Positions 7,834 to 17,036 of a DNA stretch of 64,000 bases are shown piece by piece. This stretch comes from a virus. Made by a program: the position numbers and the translations under genes. Position 1 is the first letter of the stretch. Every line of letters starts with the position of its first letter. Location: the IMG/VR virus record IMGVR_UViG_3300037485_001485, positions 8,989 through 72,988 of that record; one strand, given 5' to 3'. The notes under the pieces were generated by a model, which did not search any database, was not told the origin of the DNA, and saw only the letters and a list, made by a program, of their open reading frames with translations.

Positions 7834-10800
7834 CTATGCTCCGACGGGAAGCATGAAGGTGATTCCGCTGCCCGACTTGCCGAGGGCAGGGGGCAAAGCG
7901 GCAAAGAACGCCGAGAGGTCTGTGCTCTCACCGACCCGGATGACGATGGCGGCCCAGTTTTCCCCTTCGGTCAGGGCCACGGTCGAAATGTCGTCCCCCG
8001 AGGTGACGACCGCGCCCCCGAGACGCACAGTGCGCCAGCCCGAGGGGGTGCGCTGGTAGATCAGCATGGACGCCGCGCTGCCGGAGAGTGTGCGTTCGCC
8101 GAAGACGATGACGCTCCCTGCGGGCAGGGCATCGAGCTGCCCGGTGGTCGTGAGCGACGTACCCGTTGCAATGGGCGCCGTCGGGGGCGCCATCGGGGGC
8201 GCCTTCGTCAGCCCGTAGTTCGCCATCGAGAGCCGGAGGAACGCGAGGATCGCGCCCGCGACCGTCGAGGCGGTGTCGGGCTTGATCTTGACGTAGGTGA
8301 ACTCCGGCCCGTCCTTCAGCGTCACCTTCAGCTTGCCCCCCACCAGGGCGAACGTCGTGACGTAGGCGTGTGACGTCGTCCCTTCATGCAGGAAGAACGT
8401 CAGGGTAGGCGCTACCCCGAACTGAGCCATGCCGGCCGAGACTCCCATGAAGCCCTTCTCTTTCACGCGGCCGAGCACGGCGGCGGCGAGGGCGTGAACT
8501 TCGTCCAGCGTGATCGTCGGGGCGACGGGCGCCGGAGCCGCAGCGGCGGGCACCGCATACTTCGCATATAGCTCAGTAACCGGCGTTTCACCGACAACAT
8601 TCCCCACAAGCAGGATCTCGTAGGTGCCATAGGGAAGATCGCCCGTCTCTCCCACCCACCCGGCGGCGTTGAACCGCTGGAACTTCCCCCCGCTCAGGCC
8701 GCCGATGTAGAAGTCGGTGCCGCCCACGCTCTTCAACAGCGTATAAACGCCTTGCTTGCTGCCTTTCTTCAGGACCGACTCCGTGCCGATCTGACCGACA
8801 AAGGGAGGCGTCGGTTCCGTCGGCTGCGCGGCCGTCGGTTGCGGCGCGGCCGTCGGCGTTTCCGAGGAGAGCATCCCCGCGAGCCAGCCGGCGCGGCCCT
8901 TCAGCGTCGTCGCCAGATCCCCACGCTGGGCATAGTCGAGGGTCGCGGCGAACCCTGGGTCTGCAACGAGGCTCCCGATGCGCTTGATCATCTCCGCGCC
9001 GTTCGTCGGGGTCGCGCCATCGAAGACCTTGAAGAGCGTCGGGTTCTGCCCCGCCGAGAGGAAGTTCCCCCACGTCTGCGCCGCGTTCGTACTCCAATCA
9101 GACGCACTCTTCTTCACGCTGCCGGTCGAGCGGTAGTCGAGCGCGGCGCCTTGATCGACGCGGAGGTAGTGCTTCGGGTTCTGGTCCCCGAAATCGTCGG
9201 TGACGAGCAGGTTGTCGTACTTCGTCGCCGGTCCCTTTCCGACCACGTCGTAGTTCACCATCCACACGTCGGCGGGGAACTCGCGGCGAAGGAACTGGCG
9301 TTCGGCAGGGTCGAAGTTGCCGCTCGTCCGCTGGATGTAGCCGCCCTTCCACGGGGAGAGGAGCGCCAGCGCGTAGCCGCTGCCCTTGCTCCCGAGGAGC
9401 GAGGCGTTGACGACGCGAACGTCGGGCGCGTTGATGCCGAGGAGCCGGTAGAGGTGCGACGCGAGGGCTTCGGTCTGCGCGTGCTCCGTGTTCTTGAAGA
9501 ACTTGACGTAGACCGTCTCCCCGGTGAGCGGGTCGGTCATCTTCCCGCCGGGGAAGCTGCCAAGCTGCGCGCCCTTCGTCGCATTCGCCAGCCGCTTCGC
9601 CACGGCCCCCGCGCCGCCGACGTGCCCCCAGATGGGATCGGGCGCGAGGGAGTAGGGAAGCGCGGATGCGGGCCACGGGTAGGGGTCTACGGACGTCACG
9701 GACTGCGCGTAGGTCGGCGTCGGGGCCGGGGCCGCGACGGGCATCGGGGCCGGCGCCGGGGCCGGCGCCGGGGCCGCGACGGGTGCCGTGGACTTCTTGC
9801 CCCCTGCGAGAACCTGCTGGGCCGCCGTGTAGTAGGCCGAGAGCATGATCGCGTCGTCGGCTTCCGGTCCCGTGCCGCTGCCCTCGTTGACGAGGAGGAC
9901 TTCCATGTCGAGCGTGTCATACACGTCGTCGGCGAAGAGCCCCGGCATGAAGTCGCCGTACTCCGTCAACTCGCGCCAGAGGCCCGAGGCGTCGCGGACG
10001 AAGAACGTCTCACCGGGGGACGCGCCCCCCGTCACGATGGAACCGTCGGGGAGGGCGTCGATCTCCGTCATGCTCGACACGTCCGTCAGGCCCGCCGTCG
10101 AAGTCGCGAAGGTCGTCGGGGCGCTGGGCGCCGACAGCGTGGCCTTCAGCGCGGACACCGCGAGGTAGGGCTTGAAGGCGTTGGCGATGTCGGCAGCGCG
10201 CGACACGACGAACGACGTGAGCGACCCCGAGGGAATGGGGTACTCCAGCTTCGTCTTTGGCTCGCCCCCCGCCATGATCAGAGCGATGAGGACGCCGCCC
10301 TTCGCTTCCACCATCACGCCGTTGCCGGGGGACGCCACCACTGTCCACGGCCCGACCGATGTGCCGCTCGCCGTCGTGCTGGGGAGGAGTGCGGCGATCT
10401 TCTTCGCGATGTTTTCGACCATGCCGACGGACGAGGACGCGGCCGTGAACGTAAACGCTGAGGCGACGGGGGCCGGGGCCGGGGCCGACACGCCCATCTT
10501 CGCTACCACGGCGCTCCGGAGTGACTGCGCGCGTGCCGCGAGGTAGCCCCCGAGGGTCATGCCCACCGGGATGCCCGCCGTCATCGTGTAGCCCGCCCAC
10601 CCGGCCAGCACGTCCACGAAGGGCTTGACTGCCGGGAGCACCAGGGCGTCCGCCACCGGAAGCATGAGGAACGGGCTGGCCTTCGCCTTCGCGAACACGA
10701 CGGGCGTCTTGTCGTTCTTCGGCACGAAGAGCATCGAGTCGAGGTCGGGCGCCGCGTTCGTGCCGGGGAGCGGGAGCTTCAGCGAGCCCGATGCGCGGAA

Positions 10801-12585
10801 CATGAGCGAGGCGCCGGGATCGACGCGGATGACGTGCGGGTCGGGCGGCACCCAGAGCATGTTGTCGTAGGTGAGGCCGACGACATCGTAGTCCGCGAGC
10901 CACACGTCGAGCGGGAACGTCGCGGCCAAGTAGAACTGCTCAGTCTCCGGCACCGCCGCGCTCCAGCCCGAGGCGCTGGACGCGACCTGCTTCAGCCCGT
11001 CGATCCACGGCGAGAGGATCGCCACCTTCCCGTCCACCATAGCGGGGCGCATGTCGGGCGCGGGGGCACCGAAGGCGCGGTAGAGGTGCGCGGCGACGAC
11101 TTCGCTCGCGACCATGTCGGGGTTCGGCGGATACTTCGCGAGGTAGAACTCCCCGGTCTTCGTGTCGCGGAGGACTGCACCCGCCAGCCCGCCCCCCGGC
11201 TTCGGCTTGGAGTAGACGAGGCGCGCGGCGATGGCGTCCACGCCACCCCCGTCGGCCCACACGGGGTTCGGCGAGTACGGCTCCAACGCCGCCCCGAAGG
11301 GCACCGCGATGGATTCGATGGGCGACGGGGGCGGGGGGTTCGGATCCCCCTTGGCGGCGGCGGGCGCCGCCGACGGCTTCGGCGTCGAAGCCCCGGCGAT
11401 GCCGGAAACCTCGACGCTCGCCCCTTCCGCTGCCAGGGCTTGCGCGAGCTTCGTCGCGACGTTCGCAACGGTGTCCTTCTTCCCGGTCCAGCCGACGAGC
11501 GACGCTTCCGAGGTGGCGGCGTCGCTCTGCGTCGCCGCCCACATGAGCGGGGGGTAGCCGTACTTGCCCTCCTTCCCCGTCCACATGAAGCCCGCGTCCT
11601 TGATGATCTCCTTCACGGCGTAGGTGTCGCCCGAGACGAACAGACCCACGCCCGGCTTGAACGCGATGGTGATCTTGCCCGCTTCGGGCTTGGGCGCCTT
11701 CGGCGCGGCGGCCATCGGCTTCGCGCTTTCGTCAGGGAGAAGGCGGAACTCGCTGTCTCCGTAGCTCATAATCAAGCGGTGAGCGGCGGGGTCGATGCCG
11801 ATGTGCGGCAGGTACTCGTTCGCCAGCGCCAACGCCTGCGTCGGCTTGGTCTTCGACCCGTAGAAGTTCGTGACCGTGAAGTCGTTGGCGTCTACGAGGG
11901 CGGTTTTCGGCGCCGCCGCCGAGCCCGAGAACACACGCCCGCCCCCCATCTTCAGCACCTTGCCGAGATTCTTGTGCTTGAAGTCGTAGAAAGACTTGAT
12001 CGCGAACTTGGACGTAACGAGCGAGACGGCCATCTCGCCGCTCGTAACGGAGAACAGGATGTCCCCGACTTCGACCGCGTCGGCGTTGCCGATCAGCTCC
12101 CCATAGGTTTGCTTCCCGCCGGGCAGGGCGGGATTGACCGCGTAGGCGTCGGGCGCGTTGTGCCGCGTGAGCACCGGGGCGAGGCGCGTCGGGGGCGGCG
12201 TGAGGGGCGCGGCGCCGATGCGCCGGGGCGCCTGCGCGAGCGGCGTCCGCGCCGGGGCGGGGTTCGCCAGCGCCTTGGCCTTGCGGCCGGCGGCGAACGC
12301 CGAGCGGCCACGCGCCGCCGGAATGAACAGGTCGAAGGAGGTGGGCTGCGCGTCGGCCGGGACCGCGTGGACCTCGTAGACGGTGCCCTGAAGCGACGGC
12401 CCCGAGACGAGGGCGATGCCCGCGTCGTCCCAGAGGTAGACGCGCGTGACCCCGCTGGCGTCCCGCTGCGAGATCACGCTGGGCTGGCGGCGGTGCCCGT
12501 GCGCCCCGAGGACGCGCGTGACGGCGTTCTTCTCGGCGAGTTCAGAGGACACGGACGCAAGGGCGGCGCGAAGGGCAGCGATCAT
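7834..12585 (-). CDS. 1583-aa multidomain protein with two PI3K/HipA-like kinase domains
   Basis: Two copies of Y-x-K...E-x-x-A-x-HLYR-x-x-G-x-x-APD...SPW...DVW-x-x-(D/N)YDVVG...DN...RVD-x-G-x-x-L-x-(F/Y)R; also a GDTYAVKEIIK-x-AGF-x-W module. Confidence 0.8.
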   Translation of the reverse strand: MIAALRAALASVSSELAEKNAVTRVLGAHGHRRQPSVISQRDASGVTRVYLWDDAGIALVSGPSLQGTVYEVHAVPADAQPTSFDLFIPAARGRSAFAAGRKAKALANPAPARTPLAQAPRRIGAAPLTPPPTRLAPVLTRHNAPDAYAVNPALPGGKQTYGELIGNADAVEVGDILFSVTSGEMAVSLVTSKFAIKSFYDFKHKNLGKVLKMGGGRVFSGSAAAPKTALVDANDFTVTNFYGSKTKPTQALALANEYLPHIGIDPAAHRLIMSYGDSEFRLLPDESAKPMAAAPKAPKPEAGKITIAFKPGVGLFVSGDTYAVKEIIKDAGFMWTGKEGKYGYPPLMWAATQSDAATSEASLVGWTGKKDTVANVATKLAQALAAEGASVEVSGIAGASTPKPSAAPAAAKGDPNPPPPSPIESIAVPFGAALEPYSPNPVWADGGGVDAIAARLVYSKPKPGGGLAGAVLRDTKTGEFYLAKYPPNPDMVASEVVAAHLYRAFGAPAPDMRPAMVDGKVAILSPWIDGLKQVASSASGWSAAVPETEQFYLAATFPLDVWLADYDVVGLTYDNMLWVPPDPHVIRVDPGASLMFRASGSLKLPLPGTNAAPDLDSMLFVPKNDKTPVVFAKAKASPFLMLPVADALVLPAVKPFVDVLAGWAGYTMTAGIPVGMTLGGYLAARAQSLRSAVVAKMGVSAPAPAPVASAFTFTAASSSVGMVENIAKKIAALLPSTTASGTSVGPWTVVASPGNGVMVEAKGGVLIALIMAGGEPKTKLEYPIPSGSLTSFVVSRAADIANAFKPYLAVSALKATLSAPSAPTTFATSTAGLTDVSSMTEIDALPDGSIVTGGASPGETFFVRDASGLWRELTEYGDFMPGLFADDVYDTLDMEVLLVNEGSGTGPEADDAIMLSAYYTAAQQVLAGGKKSTAPVAAPAPAPAPAPMPVAAPAPTPTYAQSVTSVDPYPWPASALPYSLAPDPIWGHVGGAGAVAKRLANATKGAQLGSFPGGKMTDPLTGETVYVKFFKNTEHAQTEALASHLYRLLGINAPDVRVVNASLLGSKGSGYALALLSPWKGGYIQRTSGNFDPAERQFLRREFPADVWMVNYDVVGKGPATKYDNLLVTDDFGDQNPKHYLRVDQGAALDYRSTGSVKKSASDWSTNAAQTWGNFLSAGQNPTLFKVFDGATPTNGAEMIKRIGSLVADPGFAATLDYAQRGDLATTLKGRAGWLAGMLSSETPTAAPQPTAAQPTEPTPPFVGQIGTESVLKKGSKQGVYTLLKSVGGTDFYIGGLSGGKFQRFNAAGWVGETGDLPYGTYEILLVGNVVGETPVTELYAKYAVPAAAAPAPVAPTITLDEVHALAAAVLGRVKEKGFMGVSAGMAQFGVAPTLTFFLHEGTTSHAYVTTFALVGGKLKVTLKDGPEFTYVKIKPDTASTVAGAILAFLRLSMANYGLTKAPPMAPPTAPIATGTSLTTTGQLDALPAGSVIVFGERTLSGSAASMLIYQRTPSGWRTVRLGGAVVTSGDDISTVALTEGENWAAIVIRVGESTDLSAFFAALPPALGKSGSGITFMLPVGA

Positions 12586-12683
12586 CGGCTACCTCCCAAA
12601 ACGGGCACGGGGTTATCCCCTCCACGCTAACGAAAGCGCGGGCGAGGACAACCCCGAAAGGAGCCGTCGAGGGCTACCGCTGT

Positions 12684-12959
12684 TTAGCGGCGGCTGCGGC
12701 GGGAGCGGCGGCGGCGGTTCATCTTCATCTTGCGGCTGCGACGGCGGGGGTTCTTCTTCGCGGCGCCGAGGCCCGCGAGGCTGAGCACCTTCTTGCCCGG
12801 CTTGGTGTAGGCGAGAAGCGCGAGCGCGCCGAGGCCGAGCGCCCACACGGGTACGCCCATCACGTCTTTCTTCAGATAGTCCATGATGCCGTCGAGTTCG
12901 CCCATGTCGTCGCCCTCGTAGTCGCCGAGGTCGTAGCTTGCCCCATAGTACCCGTACAT
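12684..12959 (-). CDS. small membrane protein with acidic YG-rich head and KKNPRRR tail
   Basis: MYGYYGASYDLGDYEG, one TM (VPVWALGLGALALLAY), Arg-rich C-terminus. Confidence 0.75.
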   Translation of the reverse strand: MYGYYGASYDLGDYEGDDMGELDGIMDYLKKDVMGVPVWALGLGALALLAYTKPGKKVLSLAGLGAAKKNPRRRSRKMKMNRRRRSRRSRR

Positions 12960-12986
12960 GTGTCGCTCCAGTTGAGAGGTGGGGGA

Positions 12987-13928
12987 TCACGCCCCGTGAG
13001 AGTCAATCCACTTTTTCGCCGCCACGAAGCCGTTCGGCCCGCTGAACGCGGGGCCGTGCGGCATGACGGTGTAGGTTCCAGCCGCGATGCGGATGGTCGT
13101 GCCCCCGTAGGCGACCGACCCGGCGGGGTTGACCCGCACGGACGGCTTCCACGTCGTCGGCTGAAGATGAACACGAAGCTGATCGTAGGCGCGGCGCTTG
13201 ATCGCGTCGGCGCCCTTGGCGCGGCTCCCGCCCTTCCCACCGTCGGCCACGGGCACGTCGGTGACGAAGGTGCCGTCCTTCGACACGACGCGCGCAAAGC
13301 GGCGCCCCGTGCGGACGTTGTAGTACGAGTCAATCTTGACGGTCTTCTTGAAGTGCCCGAAGTCCAACGAGCCGATGTCGATGGGCGTCGGGTTCTTCCG
13401 AAGTTCGGCGGCGGTGGCGATGGCGAAGCCGCGCGAGACGGCCTCCCGTTTCGCGACGCCCTGCGAGCGCATCCGCCTCGTCACGGCTTCCGCGACGGCG
13501 TCCCGGTGCTTCGTCCCGCGCCCGATGGACGGGTTGCGCCGCCCTCCGTGGGCCGCGAAAGCCTGCATGAAGGCATCGTGCGCCTTGTCCGCGTTCTCGG
13601 TTCGCATCACGACACCCTGAGAGTGGTCGGTCAGCGTCCAAATGGTTCCGCCGGGGTGAAAAGCCCAGTCCAGTCGGATCTGAGTGCCGTCCTTGGCGGT
13701 GCCCTGCTCGTAGCCCACCGCTCCGTTGCGGCGAGGTCCGCGCCCGATGGACGGGTTGCGGCGCGGCTTGCGGTTCGCCACCGGGGTCGCCGGGGCGAGG
13801 AGGGCTTCGATCCCCGACGCCGCGCCCTGCATCTTCGCGGCGTGCGCGACGGCCTCCGACTCCGAGGCGTAGGTGACTTCACCGACCTTGGAGCCGTTGC
13901 GGCGTAGGATGACGCGGGTGCGCGGCAT
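12987..13928 (-). CDS. basic multi-segment protein with six NP/NG motifs (putative core/cargo polyprotein)
   Basis: RRNG, RRNPSIGRG x2, RRNG, RKNP and RVNP separate short domains. Confidence 0.75.
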   Translation of the reverse strand: MPRTRVILRRNGSKVGEVTYASESEAVAHAAKMQGAASGIEALLAPATPVANRKPRRNPSIGRGPRRNGAVGYEQGTAKDGTQIRLDWAFHPGGTIWTLTDHSQGVVMRTENADKAHDAFMQAFAAHGGRRNPSIGRGTKHRDAVAEAVTRRMRSQGVAKREAVSRGFAIATAAELRKNPTPIDIGSLDFGHFKKTVKIDSYYNVRTGRRFARVVSKDGTFVTDVPVADGGKGGSRAKGADAIKRRAYDQLRVHLQPTTWKPSVRVNPAGSVAYGGTTIRIAAGTYTVMPHGPAFSGPNGFVAAKKWIDSHGA

Positions 13929-14719
13929 TAGCCCACCGTGTAGGTGACGCGGCAGGTGCCGGCGACCGTGCCGTTCGTGGTGCGGAGGACGAGCGTGGCG
14001 CCCGCTGCGAACACGGTGTTCGCGAGGACGCCTGCGCGCGTGATGCCGTTGACCGTGGCCGAGGGCGCCATCGCATCGGTGACCGAGGCGACTGTCGTGC
14101 GGACGCGCACGCCGGCACCGCCCGCGCCACCCGAGAGGATGTAGGCGTCCACGATGTTGACCACGCGGCTGTTGGTGAGCACGAACGAGGTGTCCACGTC
14201 GACGCCCGTCGCGTTCGCCGGGAACGAGTAGGTCGCCGTGACGACCGCGCCCATGCCGGTCGCGGCGAGGCTCTGCGACGCGGCGTTCTTCGCCACGTCA
14301 ATCGCGTTGCTGTTCGTCGCCGCGAAGCCCGCGTTCACGCCGGTCAGGCTGATGCCGCCATTGCCGGCGAGGAGAAGCGGGGCTTGATTCGTGTTGATCG
14401 ACACCTGGGCCGCGCCCGTGGTCGTGATGAACTTCAGGAGGTCGAGGAGGACGGCAGGCCCGATCTGGAGCGCGGGGTTGCTGTTCGCAGCGAGGAGCAA
14501 CTGCGTGATGTAGCCGAGATTCGGCAGGAGGAGGGGGGTCCACGTCGTCCCGACGGCCGGAGCCGTGCCCGTCGTCGCGTTCAGGTAGACGAGGGCGTTG
14601 CCGTTATCGACGCGAAGGCAGATCGAGCCACGCGGCGCGGACACTACCCCGGTGGGGTCGATGTCGGAGACGTAGAAGTCCTGACCCTCAACGATGCTGG
14701 TGACGTACTGTGCGGGCAT
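13928..14719 (-). CDS. structural (vertex/spike-like) protein
   Basis: 263 aa, T/A/V/G-rich; DPTGVVSAPRGSICLRVD resembles fibre anchoring modules; beta-rich C-terminus; GGAGG RBS. Confidence 0.6.
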   Translation of the reverse strand: MPAQYVTSIVEGQDFYVSDIDPTGVVSAPRGSICLRVDNGNALVYLNATTGTAPAVGTTWTPLLLPNLGYITQLLLAANSNPALQIGPAVLLDLLKFITTTGAAQVSINTNQAPLLLAGNGGISLTGVNAGFAATNSNAIDVAKNAASQSLAATGMGAVVTATYSFPANATGVDVDTSFVLTNSRVVNIVDAYILSGGAGGAGVRVRTTVASVTDAMAPSATVNGITRAGVLANTVFAAGATLVLRTTNGTVAGTCRVTYTVG

Positions 14720-14731
14720 GAAAGCCTCCTA

Positions 14732-15289
14732 TCAGCGGGTCGTGCGGCGGCGGGTGCGGGGCTTGGCGGGGTTGTACTTCTTCACGAAGGTCTTCTTGCG
14801 CTGGGCTTCGCCGCCCTGCTCGATGACCTGGGCCGTGAGCACGCCCTTGTCGGTCGCCTGCGCGGAGTAGACCGAGGGGTGGAAGTAGACCTTGATCTTG
14901 CCGTCGGAACGCAGAAGGGGCTCGTCCACGCCGATCTCTTCGATCTTGTAGTCGGGGCCGACGTGCATCCGGAGGACGTTCTTCGCATCCGCCGAGGCGG
15001 CGCGGATGGTCGCGTAGGGGCCGAAGATCCCGATCTGCTGCTCATCCAGCATGAGCCGGACCTTGTAGATCGTGAGCTTCTTGGGCGCGGCGCCGGTCCA
15101 ATCGCCAGCGGCGAAGACCTGCTGGGCCTTCTTGGCCTTGGTCTTCTTGGGCTTCGCCTTGGCCTTTGCGATCTTGTTGGCCGCCGACTTCGCAGCCTGG
15201 GTAGCCTTCGCGGCCTTGCTCTTCTCGGCCTTCAGTTGCGCCTTCAGCTTCTCGATAGCCGTGGCTGCTGCCTTGGTGAACTTCGCCAT
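14732..15289 (-). CDS. Lys/Ala-rich (histone H1-like) basic protein
   Basis: N-terminal AK-rich tract, GPYATIRAA module, C-terminal KYNPAKPRTRRRTTR. Confidence 0.7.
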   Translation of the reverse strand: MAKFTKAAATAIEKLKAQLKAEKSKAAKATQAAKSAANKIAKAKAKPKKTKAKKAQQVFAAGDWTGAAPKKLTIYKVRLMLDEQQIGIFGPYATIRAASADAKNVLRMHVGPDYKIEEIGVDEPLLRSDGKIKVYFHPSVYSAQATDKGVLTAQVIEQGGEAQRKKTFVKKYNPAKPRTRRRTTR

Positions 15290-15367
15290 AACGGACCTCT
15301 ACGGTGCGGGGGTATCACACACCCTCGCGACGAAGGGCGCGTTGGCGCACGCCGATAGCCACCGAAG

Positions 15368-15745
15368 CTACTGCGCGACCATGAGGACGACTTCGATGGA
15401 CGTGGCCTGCGCCGCCGGACGGACGAAGCTCACGCGGATGAACTTGGCGGGAAGCTGGACCGGAACGAGCACGGGCACGTTGAGCGGGGTCGGCACCGCC
15501 GTGGTCGCTGGGAACCACGTTTTGATCTTGTTCGTCTGGTCGGACGTGCTGAACTCGACGGTCGCCTGCGCGGGGATCGCGCCGACGGTCTGCTGAAGGT
15601 AAACCGTGACGCGCGGCATCCCCCGGTTGCCCAGCTCGCGCGAGTAGGCTTCGGCATCCGAGGCCAGGACCACGAAGTCGGTTTGATACGAAACCGCAGC
15701 GGCGACGTCAGTGTGCCCGTGGCCCTTGTTGTTGATGAACGACAT
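15368..15745 (-). CDS. small beta-sandwich structural protein (MSFINNKG...)
   Basis: 125 aa with alternating beta strands; lies in the capsid operon. Confidence 0.6.
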   Translation of the reverse strand: MSFINNKGHGHTDVAAAVSYQTDFVVLASDAEAYSRELGNRGMPRVTVYLQQTVGAIPAQATVEFSTSDQTNKIKTWFPATTAVPTPLNVPVLVPVQLPAKFIRVSFVRPAAQATSIEVVLMVAQ

Positions 15746-15758
15746 GCGGGGCTCCGGC

Positions 15759-16352
15759 TCAGTAGTAGGCCGCGCACACCGCGAAGGGCGGCGCGGACGC
15801 ACGGGGGAGGAGGTAGGTGAAGGTCACGCTCACTTGATACCAGCGGATCGGGTAGCCCTCGCCCGGCGGAAGGAACGTCAGGACCGCCGACGGCACGGTG
15901 CCCGTGAACTCCGAGGTGATGTCGGTGTCGGCTGTGATCTGGCGTACCTGCAAGGGGTCGTTGACATGCCCGAACTCGCGGCTGATGACCTCCAAGTTCT
16001 GCACCCAGTTGTTCGTGGCCGGCGCGGGCAAGTCGAGCGTGAGGTTGTCGATCTGTGCCCAGAGCTTGCCGCTTGCGCCCGAGGGCAACCAGATCGGCGT
16101 GCCTCCGGTCAAGCCCGACATCGCGGCGCGAAGCTGCGGCCGAAGGTCGAACAGCGGGGACTGCCACTTCGCCGTCAGCAAGCCTTCGGTGTTGTTCGTC
16201 CATGTGAGGGAACCCCGGCCCCCGTCCCAGAGCGCCGAGGGCGCGTTCTGCGGGTACGGAAACGGGACTGTGCCTGCGGGGTTGTGCCGCAGACCGGACG
16301 GGTCGTAGTTCTGGCCCGGAAAGGCTCCGGGGTTCTCCCACCACTGGCTCAT
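15759..16352 (-). CDS. structural protein, candidate minor capsid/penton (MSQWWENPG...)
   Basis: 197 aa, beta-rich; directly downstream of the capsid candidates. Confidence 0.55.
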   Translation of the reverse strand: MSQWWENPGAFPGQNYDPSGLRHNPAGTVPFPYPQNAPSALWDGGRGSLTWTNNTEGLLTAKWQSPLFDLRPQLRAAMSGLTGGTPIWLPSGASGKLWAQIDNLTLDLPAPATNNWVQNLEVISREFGHVNDPLQVRQITADTDITSEFTGTVPSAVLTFLPPGEGYPIRWYQVSVTFTYLLPRASAPPFAVCAAYY

Positions 16353-16357
16353 GGACC

Positions 16358-16900
16358 TTAGCCCCCGGTGTAGTTGGACGGCCCGCGCATCTCCAGACAG
16401 ACCAGCGTGATGTCGATCCGCAGGTTGGCGAGGAGAGGCGTGATCCCGAGGATCACGGTCGCGCCGGGGTTGATCGTGAAGCCGACGCCGCCCAACTCGC
16501 CGGGGCGCTGGGCGGAACCCACGACCGTGGAACCGAGGCGCGCGGCGACGTGGAGCTTGTCGCCCGTCGTGTATTCGACCCGGAAGAGGAACGTGTCCTG
16601 GGCCGACACGCCGACGGGGAGGGCGTTGCCCTGCCCGGTGCTGAACGACGATCCGTTGATGGCGATGAGCCGACACGGGATGTCGAACTGAACGCGGCGG
16701 ATCGACTCGCCGTTGACGGCGTAGTCCGCATCCGTCGAGAGGAGCGTCCCGCCGTAAAAGCGGGTTTGATAGCCCACGTTCGGGTTGGTGCTGTAGAACG
16801 GCGCGGTCGGGTAGAACGGCGCACGAATGAAGCGTTGGGGGCCGGGACCGCCGAGATCGGCAGTCGTCGGCATCGAGATGACGGCAGAGCGGTCGGACAC
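16358..16900 (-). CDS. candidate small single-jelly-roll capsid protein
   Basis: 180 aa with an eight-strand-like pattern (IRRVQFDI, RLIAIN, FLFRVEY, FTINPGATVILGI, RIDITLVCLE); follows the MCP candidate. Confidence 0.55.
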   Translation of the reverse strand: MSDRSAVISMPTTADLGGPGPQRFIRAPFYPTAPFYSTNPNVGYQTRFYGGTLLSTDADYAVNGESIRRVQFDIPCRLIAINGSSFSTGQGNALPVGVSAQDTFLFRVEYTTGDKLHVAARLGSTVVGSAQRPGELGGVGFTINPGATVILGITPLLANLRIDITLVCLEMRGPSNYTGG

Positions 16901-16942
16901 GGCTCACACTCCAGAAAGGAAAGGAGAAGGGGGGAAACAGAA

Positions 16943-17020
16943 CGGCCCGCCCCGCGACGAGGCGCGAAGCGGGCCGCTTGTGAGGAGGGTAACGCGCGGC
17001 CCGCAAGGGCGGAACGCGAA
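16943..17020 (-). terminator. structured spacer (two GC hairpins) between the two capsid genes
   Basis: CGGCCCGC...GCGGGCCG stem at 16943-16976, followed on the minus strand by a pyrimidine-rich run; second stem near 16993-17018. Confidence 0.45.
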
Positions 17021-17036
17021 ACCCTGCCGTACCAGA

